NCBI RefSeq assembly: GCF_006345805.1
Contig: NC_043010.1
Location: forward strand, 10,602,001 to 10,666,000
Direction of reading: 5' to 3'
DNA: 64,000 nt
From: Octopus sinensis
Taxonomy: Eukaryota
The stretch's first letter is position 1. Every line of letters starts with the position of its first letter. Shown here in pieces: positions 53,696 through 64,000 of the stretch. Under the pieces are notes generated by a model, which was not told the DNA's origin, made no database searches, and saw only the letters and a list, made by a program, of their open reading frames with translations. A program made the position numbers and the translations under genes.

Positions 53696-53736
<41 letters not shown>

Positions 53737-54752
53737 TCCTTTCTACTACAGGCCTGAAATTTGTTGGGAGGGGATTAGTTGATTATATCAACCCCAGTGT
53801 TTCACTGGTACATAATTTATGACCCTGAAAGGATGAAAGGCGAAGTTGACCTCGGTGGATTTTGAACTCAGTTGGGCAAAATACCGCTAAGAACTTTGCC
53901 TGGTGTGCTACAATTCTGCCAGCTTCATGTCTTAACAGAAATAATAGCAATAGCTTGGTTTTATAACAAACATTTGTCAAATTGTAGTTGTGCTGTCATG
54001 ATCAAATAGGTCAACAAGCAGGTTTATGATCGAAGTTATTTCAGCTGATGGTACAACGAAATGTGAGCAATGATTTGGTTATTATTTCTAGCAGGTTGAG
54101 TAACCACATAGCTGTTCCCTTCTATATATTCATGAATAGATTATGACATCATCTATTAATATGAAATGCTCTTTAAATAATATCTGGACTTTATTAAATA
54201 TTCTAAAGCTTATATTGAATAAATATTGGCATTTGCAATAACATTTCGATTTCAAGACTGCTACATGTCACTAAAACTTATAAGATCAAGCAATCTTCAA
54301 ACAATTTGCAAAACAACTCTCTGAAGAAGCCAAACTCCTTTTAAATCTCTCCATCTTTTCTTACTTTCTCTCCTCTCTGTTTTCCTTTTCTTGATCAATT
54401 TGGTGTCCCTAATCCCATTATGCTATTATCTTCAGAAATGTGGCTACAGTTTATTCCATATGATTCATGTAAACCATTTCTACAAATAAGACAGTTTTTA
54501 TAAAATAAAACTATTTTACTTTTTACTTATTTTTCAGCATTAAATCATGCACACATCTTATTTTATAATGAAGTTATTTGTAAAATTATATAAAACAGTC
54601 ATGAATCTTGAGTAGTGATCGAAAGAATATACTCACAAACACTAAGGGTTTGCTAGGTAATGTTTCTTGACGGAATGTATAGCTCAGAGATCAAAGGGTC
54701 ACTCAAGGTTAAGCTACTACTTTTCCACACTGTGAAGTGAGATGTGAGATAC

Positions 54753-54961
54753 TCTCTCTCTTTTACTCTTTTACTTGTTTCAGTCATTTTGACTGTGGCC
54801 ATGCTGGAGCACCGCCTTTAATCGAGCAACTCGACCCCGGGACTTATTCTTTGTAAGCCCAGTACTTATTCTATCGGTCTCTTTTGCCAAACCGCTAAGT
54901 AACGGGGACATAAACACACCAGCATAGGTTGTCAAGCAATGCTAGGGGGACAAACACAGAC

Positions 54962-54992
<31 letters not shown>

Positions 54993-55163
54993 CATATATA
55001 CGACAGGCTTCTTTCAGTTTCCGTCTACCAAATCCACTCACAAGGCATTGGTCGGCCCGAGGCTATAGCAGAAGACACTTGCCCAAGGTGCCACGCAGTG
55101 GGACTGAACCTGGAGACATGTGGTTGGTTAGCAAGCTACTTACCACACAGCCACTCCTGCGCC
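54753..55163 (-). mobile_element. SINE family A, full length
   Basis: Reverse complement of family A. Confidence 0.9.
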
Positions 55164-55669
55164 TATGCCTTTTTTTTTTTTTTTCGATGGTTGCTGCATT
55201 TTATATTTTTGTGTGTGGTAAGAAGCTTGGTTTGTAGACGTCTCTGTAGAAAGTTTTCTTGAAGGTCGGGTACTGATAGACCCGACCTGTATTGATAGTC
55301 CAGATTGGCCTCCACGGGTGGCTGTGCTGGTAATGGAAGAAAGGAATTTTTTCCAAATAATGGATTCCTTTTCAAAGGAAAATTATAATTATCTCTTCTG
55401 GGTCCCCAACTTGATGCTGCGGGATTGCCTTCAGGTGGCAAGAGATTTGATCTGGGATGAAAGATAAGGGGCTTAGCATCTCAATCTATGAAAGAGGTTC
55501 ATTACCTCATTTGTGTGTTTTTTTTGTTTTTTAAATAAAAGAAAGAAAGAAAGAAAAAAGAAAAAAAGAACAGTGTTATCCAGGGGCTTCAATTTGCAAA
55601 AGTTTCCTGTTCATGTAGTAAGCTATGAAATTCTTACATTCTCTCAACTTCCTTTAAATCAAAATACCT

Positions 55670-55865
55670 CATGGTCCCAATAGACAAAATGGAGAAGGCG
55701 TTGCCCCAGAGGATGGTAGAGAGATGCTCTGGAATAGCCATTCTGATTCTTGGAGCTTGTACTTGCAGATAACCATCTCAGCCTCAGCAGCAGTGAGTAG
55801 GGATATGGTCCAGGGAGCAAGAATGCCCAAGGTCTCCACTGCCACAGGCTTGACCATAAACCTGT
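55670..55865 (-). mobile_element. CRE-like LINE C-terminal fragment
   Basis: FMVKPVAVETLGILAP...ESEWLFQSISL / ILWGNAFSI resembles the PxAVETLG...QRLSxAIQRGNA terminus. Confidence 0.6.
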
Positions 55866-56175
55866 CAGAGAGTGACCAACAGTGAAATTAATACAGTTTG
55901 AGGGAGAAAAAAAATCACAAGACAGATTTAATGAGAAAAGCCAACTGGTAAAATATCTGAGGATAGAGTATGTGTGACATGGTTGGATAATATCCACAGC
56001 CTTGATTGGTCTTGCTTTGGGATCCAACAGGAAAATTCGCTGATGGTTGTGTCTAGTAGGAATCTTTGAAATGCATGTCTCTGCTTCCATGACCATCACA
56101 TGAATAACGAACTATTAAAACAGGTGGATGGGAGTAAAAAAAAATGTGCTTTTTTCTTCTTAGTAACAAATGATA

Positions 56176-56567
56176 TCTTTATATATAAAAGTGAGGTTGT
56201 GTGCTGTCTGTCTCCTGCGATTTAGATTCCTAACTACTCCCACATTTTGCGGTGCAGTTTAACCAAAAGCGGGTATCTTATAGTCGTGATTCATATCGAG
56301 CCCTTCTGGGTATTAGCGTGCGTCTACGATGAGTCTACGATTTTAAAAAAATTTACCATCAATTTTTTCCATTTTTAATGCATTTTTGGCATATATAAGG
56401 GAAGTAACTCTCTAAAATTTATTAAATCTCAGAACGTAAAAAGCTACAGTAACCCCCCCCCCTTTGTGGTTAGCCATATTGAGATGGCTATTATACTTTA
56501 CATCTCTAAAAATGCTTATATAGTTATTTCCCTTACAAACCCAAACAACGCCGGGCGATACTGCTAG
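56176..56567 (+). mobile_element. Non-autonomous Helitron
   Basis: 5' TC(TTTATATATAAAAG), 3' CTAG, degenerate subterminal ccc...ggg hairpin; sits between A and T with no TSD. Confidence 0.75.
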
Positions 56568-57611
56568 TAATAGATAAACCTTTTTTTTTGCTATTTAACC
56601 CAGTTTTCTTTTGCATCTTATGACAATATACCTTAATTGTTCCCTACCATTCAATAGACTGCTTTTGCTTCTTTTGGATGTTTTGCAATCGACTTGCACG
56701 TGCAAGTGCTACCAGTCAAAAGCCCTGCATACCGGAAGCCAGCAAGTGTATGGGGGTCATCAGGAGAGAATGCATGCCGTTTCGGGGCCTACCTCTTGAT
56801 GGCATCAATTTGCACTGCCCCCCCCCCTCTCCTCAATATGAGGCCCTGCTTGCTACATCAACTGGTTATCAAATAAAGCTCAATATTCTTCTAGCCATCG
56901 CTCATCGTCTCATTTTAACCAAATCCAGTGGCTAGCCTTTTCCACTGTAGTTTGGATATCGGTCAGGGCGATATTTATTTTATGATGAGTTAGGCCTAAT
57001 TTAAAATGAAATAAAGATGCCCCGTATATATTTGACTGTTGAAGTACAACTGTTTTGTGACAAAGGCAACAGAATATGTCTTACTTCAAAGTATTGGTCA
57101 CATGGAAACTTACAATCATGAAACATATGTGAACTGAAATCTATCAGAGAGCCAAATCTAGATCACTGATGCAGTTCAAACTGCCTCTAAAATTCTTCCC
57201 AGATAAGGGAGCAGGAATAATTGGACAGGGTTATTGGTTATGCTAAATGGTTTCCAATATTTATTTCCAACTTGCTCAAGAACTATCAGGTTTGTTTCAT
57301 TTACTCATAAAAATTAGGCTTCTATGTGTCTGTAAATCACAGCCCTTAAAATCCAATTGATATACACCTGTTACTTTTGATGGATCACTCTAGGGAGATC
57401 TTGATTAATCTACTTTCTTTTTACCTTATTTTATTAGTTTTAGACATTGGACTGTGGCTACGTCACACACTGCTTTGAAAGGTTTTTAGTCAATTGCATG
57501 TATGTATGGGTGCGTGTGTGTGTGTGTGAATATAGATAGATAGACAGACAGATAAATGGATAGATAGATAGATAGATAGATAGAAATAGATAGATAGATG
57601 GATAGATAGAT

Positions 57612-58118
57612 GTGTTTCTTTATTAGCCACACAGGGCTGCATGCAGACGGGACAAATTACAAAGCTTTTCTTTTTGGGGGGAATAAAAAAAAAGTGGGGT
57701 AGGTTTCCAATTAAAAGGGATCGTAAAAAGGAAAGGAAAAAAAACGATCAATAGGGATCATGTATCACAGAAATGTCATGATGTAAAGTGTAAAGAGGTA
57801 AGCAGATAAGGTTCATCCATGGAAAGAAAAGCCTACAGAAAAGACCATGGTAACTTCGGTCAATAATGTCACATGTTAGCACATTTATTTGCAAGTAAGT
57901 AAATCTCTGTTTTAAATTTTTCCAGGTTCATAGGATTATGCTCAAGGTGGCTTCGTCATTCATACATGCCATCCTTGCTACATTCACCCATCTTTTTTTG
58001 AAACATTCGCTAGACAAGACTTGCCTCTCTACTCTCACTCTCCTTTTCAAGTGATACTTGAAGAAGTTGATGAGAGATTGACTAGAGAGGAAAGTGTTTG
58101 TCGCCAATCCTTTCAGAG
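57612..58118 (-). mobile_element. LINE 3' end (L1/Tx1-like) in a GATA/GACA microsatellite
   Basis: LKGLATNTFLSSQSLINFFKYHLKRRVRVERQVLSSECFKKRWVNVA...* then a pyrimidine-rich UTR with AATAAA abutting (TCTA)n; clade assignment tentative. Confidence 0.55.
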
Positions 58119-58358
58119 ACAGACAGACAGACAGATGTAAAGATTCATAGGAGACCAAGGGCCCAGAGCTTTATGGTGTACTAATGAAACTAATTCATAA
58201 ATTGGAAATTTGCCCTTTATGCAGAAGAAAATAGGATTGCCCCAGTTGCCTGTTTATAGATGTAAATCAGTACATCAAACAAAACAAACATACACAAACA
58301 CACGAAAAAAAAACAAAAAAAGACATTACAGAATTTAGCTATTGAGTAAATTTATATA

Positions 58359-58765
58359 GGCGCAGGAGTGGCTGTGTGGTAAGTAGCTTGCTTACCAACC
58401 ACATGTCCCGGGTTCAGTCACACTGTGTGGCACCTTGGGCAAAGTGTCTTCTACTATAGCCTCGGGCCGACCAAAGCAGTGTGAGTGAATTTGGTAGACG
58501 GAAACTGAAAGAAGCCTGTCGTATATATGTATATATATATATGTATGTGTGTCTGTGTTTGTCCCCCCAACATCGCTTGACAACTGATGCTGGTGTGTTT
58601 ACGTCCCCGTAACTTAGCGGTTCGGCAAAAAGAGACCGATAGAATAAGTACTAGGCTTCCAAAGAATAAGTCCTGAGGTCGATTTGCCCGACTAAAAAAG
58701 GCGGTGCTCCAGCATGGCTGCAGTCAACTGACTGAAACAAGTAAAAGAGTAAAGAGTAAAAGAGT
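58359..58765 (+). mobile_element. SINE family A, full length
   Basis: Matches the other family A copies. Confidence 0.9.
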
Positions 58766-59616
58766 GTTTCATTCCTTTAAGCCAAAGGTAGACTTTGCCA
58801 TTCTAAAAATAGAGATCAATAAAATAAAAGTAAGTACCAAACTAAGATAACTATTATTTCCTTAACATAACTGTATCTCACTAACTGACTAACAGCTATG
58901 TATATCATTGAGTGAGTAAACTGTCTACTTCAGTGATAACTTCTTTTAATATTATGTTGGTAATAAAAATATTCTGTAAAGAGAAAATTGGTAAAGATTC
59001 TCATAAATTGCAGCATCTCTAGGATACCTGGACACTTATATACAAAAGCAGAAATGGTTGGTACTATACAATAAGGATGGCGTGAGTAGAGAATGCTGTA
59101 GATTGCTGTAGAGATATAAATAAATAATTTAAAAGAATATTTTAGATATATTTATATTTCTGTTATATAAAGCTTGAGTGGAAGACAGAGTAGGATCCTA
59201 ATATTAATTCACGATTCTGTTCTTATTTAATATAGATGTTTAATTTTGTATGTTAGTTTTGTTATTTGTTTTTTTTTTATACATGATTATTACAGGTAGA
59301 ACACTAAATTTCCAAACACCAATGGTCCAGAACCTCTTATAATCTGCACTAATTTATTCTTGATCCTTCTATTCTTGACCAAACAAAACCTCAGGAATAT
59401 GTTATAGCTGGTGGGAGAAAAGATTGCACCAAAATTTGGCTGGGACTCATTTCATGCTGGAACAACATGACATGAAGTGCCTTTATGAAGGCATTTACAT
59501 ATGTATGTGACTACTCATCTAGAAATTGAACTCATGATCTTATGATTCTGAACCGAACACCCTAACCACCTGACCACATTTCATTCATTAGCCATATGGA
59601 CTTGAATCTTTCATAT

Positions 59617-59848
59617 CTCTTTTACTCTTCTACTCTTTTACTTGTTTCAGTGATTTGACTGTGGCCATGCTGGAGCATGGAGACTGTGGCCTTTAGTTGA
59701 GCAAATCGACCCCAGGACTTATTCTTTGCAAGCCTAGTACTTATTCTATTGGTCTCTTTTGCCGAACCGCTAAGTTACGGGGACGTAAATACACCAGCAT
59801 CGGTTGTCAAGCGATGTTGGGGGAACAAACACAGATACACAAATACAG

Positions 59849-59879
<31 letters not shown>

Positions 59880-60059
59880 TACATACATACACACATATAT
59901 ATGACGGGCTTTTTTCAGTTTCCGTCTACCAAATCCACTCACAAGGCTTTGGTTGGCCCGAGGCTATAGCATAAGACACTTGCCCAAGGTGCCATGCAGT
60001 GGGACTGAACCGGGAACCATGTGGTTCGTAAGCAAGCTACTTACCACACAGCCACTCCT
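59617..60059 (-). mobile_element. SINE family A, full length
   Basis: Reverse complement of family A. Confidence 0.9.
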
Positions 60060-60607
60060 ATTGATCATTCTTGGTCAGCAGTCACTGAGATATTTAATTC
60101 TTTTAAATGGGAATTAGTCGCATCCATGGTCAAAGTTGTTTTGATGGTGCTTAACTTCTTAAAATTTTTTTATGGCATTTCTAAGACACTGCCGAGAGGC
60201 ACCAGTTAGTCAAAACAACAACCAGAGAAATTGGGCAGAGAAAAGAAATCCCATTATATGCATGCTATATTGCATATGGCTCCACTGTAATAGATATGGG
60301 ACGTGTAGTGTACGACATATAGCTAGATTTTCCTTTTGCCCTTTTTGGCTTTTATTTGTTTTGTTGAAAGCGATTTATTTTGTGCAACTAAACAACAGGA
60401 TTTTTTTTGCCTTCTGCTATTTTGCTTTTTTGCTTTGTATTCTTTAGTTTTGAAGCCTATTGTCATGTTGTGAAGAGAAATAGTTTGAGAGATATATTCA
60501 TTGCAGGATTATAAATAAGGAATATTGTTCAAAAATTTGCTGAATTTAACTACAAATTTTATCATATATGACCTTCGTAAATCAAATTGATCAATATATA
60601 TACATGA

Positions 60608-60642
<35 letters not shown>

Positions 60643-60730
60643 CTTGTGTGTATAGATATATATGCATACATATATTTACACACACACATGTCACATGTAT
60701 ATGTATATATGTATGCATGGGTGTGTGTGG

Positions 60731-60761
<31 letters not shown>

Positions 60762-61504
60762 CATACATATTTACAAATATATATGTAACTTATATGTGTG
60801 TGTATGGGGTTAAAAATGTTAAAATGAAAAATGAATGTAAAAATAAAATTTCAAAAACAAACCAAAAATAATTAAAAAAATACAAATTCCTGCATTATTA
60901 TTTTGGACAATGATTGATAAGTAAAACATCGCAACCTCCATTGTGGCTTAGAAAATTATATTATCTTAAAGAGCTCTAGTCTCCATCGATGCCACTCTGA
61001 AAAATTAAAGAATGCAAGAAAAACACAACCAAAAATCAAAATTAAAAAATCATATAGTCGACTATTTCCACTTTAGTTTTATCATTGAGCTCAATATAGA
61101 AAAAAAAATCAAATTAATTATTTGAAATCTTATTATATTAGAAATTTTTTTCTTCCATTTTAAAAAGTCCTCTATCATTTTGGCATCAAGGCTATATGGC
61201 AATTTTCTCAAAATGAACTGATTAATAGATCCTGCCATGAACTTAAATCACAATAAAATAACTATAAAAGACAGAAAAAAAGAAACCAACAAAGAAACCA
61301 ACAGAGTATTTGATAGATGTGCTATTTAGTTGCAGTGTGATTTTTGTTGTTGTTGATGTAGAATTTTCTCAATTTTCATTGTTTGAAAATATGTCTCTTG
61401 GAGAAAAGTAAAAAAAAAAAAAAGAGGTAAAAATAGAATGAAAAATTACCACTTCATTGAAATGTTCAAAATATTCTCAAGGATTTGAATTTGAAAATAT
61501 GAAA

Positions 61505-61547
<43 letters not shown>

Positions 61548-61751
61548 CATATTAGTAATTTTTTCGGTGGGTTTATTGGTTGGAACTAGAGGAAGGTGCT
61601 ATGCGCACACAACCTTCACAAAATTTTCCAAGACACATGAGATTGATGCTATTAATATTCTGCTTGAACTGGATTCCAACTTGATAGTTGCAGGAAAGGA
61701 ATTCTAGAGGAACAATATTCTGAGGAAGGACTGACAGAGAGGTTATTGCAA

Positions 61752-61899
61752 GCCTGTAATGAAATGCATAAGATCTGGTCATCAAATCTAAGTAGAAGCC
61801 ACAGTTGAACCAATTCTACTATATGGCTCAGAAACCTGGACGTTATCAAAGAAGCTTGAGAGGCGGTTGAATGGAACTTACCCTCGCCTCCTTATGAGA
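61752..61899 (+). mobile_element. RTE-X-like LINE RT fragment with internal deletion
   Basis: ACNEMHKIWSSNLSR / ATVEPILLYGSETWTLSKKLERRLNGTYPRLLMR. Confidence 0.75.
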
Positions 61900-61972
61900 T
61901 GATGACGACAAAGATGATGACAACAGCCATAATTATGCTAATGATGCTGCCACAGATGACAACAGTATATAC

Positions 61973-62120
61973 TAGTGGTTTTCAACCAGGGTTCTGCGGA
62001 ACCTTAGGGTTCCGCCAGTACAGTCCAGGGGTTCCGCAAGAAGTTACAAAACTGCTAAAATCGGCAGTAATTTTTAAGTCTCCTGTGCAATTATGTGTGC
62101 ATAAGACCATTAAATTAAAT
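61973..62120 (+). mobile_element. hAT-like DNA transposon terminal fragment
   Basis: Starts (Y)AGTGGTTTTCAACC with subterminal GGGTTCYGC repeats; no partner end seen. Confidence 0.5.
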
Positions 62121-62789
62121 TAAATAGATAAATTAAATAGATAAATAAAGTACCAGTTTCACACTGGGTTGATGTAATCGACTTAATCCGTTTGTCTGTC
62201 CTTGTTTGTCCCCTCTATGTTTAGCCCCTTGTTGGTAGTAAAGAAATATATATCATCTGTAAGATGAAAATTCAAAATGGGTTGGCACTATACACAATCC
62301 TTAGATTATGATGAAATATGCGAAAATTATGGCAATTTATTCATTTTGCTATAAACCATGCCCCCCTTTCCATATACTATATATAATGCATATTTCACAA
62401 ATATGCACTATATATTCCACAGAGGTTTCATATTTGCCTGAATTTTACTTGAAATTGTATTAGAGTAAGCAAAATAATTACAGAAATTTCTAGAATACTG
62501 CTAAATAAAAACTTGTTTTTTTATAACTTGTTTTGTTTTTCTCATTTATTGTGTGTGAAATATTTTCCTTACTGGAAAATAAATATACTATTTACTATTT
62601 CTAAAATGATTTAATATAATTCAACATCCAAAGCTTAAAACACAATTTCTATCTGCCAGTTTTATCAGTTTTTAATCACACGCACCTTCACATACTTTTA
62701 CATACTAACACACATTCATGCATAAAACTATATATCTTGCATACACACACACGCATGCACACACACATATATGTGTGTGTAAAGAAATT

Positions 62790-62825
<36 letters not shown>

Positions 62826-62867
62826 TATATATATTTATAATTATATATATATATATGTGTGTGTATA

Positions 62868-62904
<37 letters not shown>

Positions 62905-62977
62905 CTATTTATATATATAATTATATATATACATATATATAATTTTATATATATATATATATAAATATATGACTATT

Positions 62978-63018
<41 letters not shown>

Positions 63019-63361
63019 ATTATATATATATATATTATATATATATATATTATATATATATAATATATATATATATATATGACTATTTATATATATAACT
63101 ATTATTTATATATGTGTGTATATATATGTATATATATATATATATATTTATTTGGATTATGTGTAGGTGTGCGTGCATTATGAGCACATGCTCTCATGCT
63201 GAACTGTACTGCATTTAGTAGTTTTGCATTATGACTAAGTTTGTGATATTCGCAGACAGTATTGGTATGTGTGGTTGAAATTGAACACGTAACAGAAGAA
63301 GATAACATCATAATGAACCCTTTCAGTTTTATTTGTCGTTTAGTTAAAAGATATCAATAAA

Positions 63362-63524
63362 GGTGCAGGAGTGACTGTGTGGTAAGTAGCTTGCTAACCA
63401 GTCACATGGTTCCGGGTTCAGTCCCACTGCGTGGCATCTTGGGCAAGTGTCTTCTGCTATAGCCCCAGGCCGACCAATGCCTTGTGAGTGGATTTGGTAG
63501 ACGGAAACTGAAAGAAGCCTGTCG

Positions 63525-63561
<37 letters not shown>

Positions 63562-63777
63562 TTGTGTGTCTGTGTTTGTCCCCCTAGCATTGCTTGACAA
63601 CCGATGCTGGTGTGTTTACGTCCCCGTTACTTAGCTGTTCGGCAAAAAGAGACCGATAGAATAAGTACTGGGCTTACAAAAGAATAAGTCCCGGGGTCGA
63701 TTTGCTCGACTAAAGGCGCTCCAGCATGGCCGCAGTCAAATGACTGAAACAAGTGAAAGAGTAAAAGAAAGAGTAAA
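63362..63777 (+). mobile_element. SINE family A, full length
   Basis: Matches the other family A copies. Confidence 0.9.
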
Positions 63778-64000
63778 GCAATGACTCAGAAGATGTTTGA
63801 GCAACAATGTGGACACAGTTGGATGCAAGCGTATATATGATGACACATATGCAACATTGCAACATGCATAAAATTGCATAAGATGACATGCACGTGTACA
63901 ACGATATATAAATTTATACCTTGTGTGTGTGTGTCTGTTTGTGTGATTCAACTACTTTACACACAAGGCAGGTGGCATTTAGGGCATGCATCCAGTACCA

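Noticed and set aside
55659-56099. 146-aa minus-strand ORF
   Set aside because: Overlaps a frameshifted CRE-like LINE remnant in another frame; no recognisable domain
56692-56707. 16-bp perfect palindrome acttgcacgtgcaagt
   Set aside because: About one 8-bp-arm palindrome is expected by chance in 64 kb; no supporting context

Overview
AT-rich, repeat-dominated animal DNA. The SINE, LINE and microsatellite content points to an octopus or other coleoid cephalopod (inference). There is no intact protein-coding gene: almost all tracked ORFs are translations of (TA)n, (TATG)n, (ATG)n or (TAA)n tracts or of SINEs. Identifiable content is at least four SINE families, decayed LINE fragments (RTE, RTE-X, CR1, R4/Dong, CRE, probable Tx1), Tc1/mariner and piggyBac-type MITEs, a Helitron, a hAT end, a SINE-interrupted C2H2 zinc-finger pseudogene and one candidate non-coding exon. 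The main signal is about 18 complete or partial minimal type I hammerhead ribozyme motifs from 7 or more unrelated non-coding elements wedged between (TA)n tracts. These are probably non-autonomous Penelope-like or retrozyme-like elements. Their stem III varies in sequence but is almost always self-complementary (ACGUACGU, ACGAUCGU, ACACGUGU, ACAAUUGU, ACGU), suggesting dimeric self-cleavage. The host elements often form tandem or fold-back structures. A second recurring RNA motif, a double hairpin followed by (G)AAAC, is shared by the 3' ends of several unrelated repeats. All coordinates were read by eye, so repeat ends are approximate.
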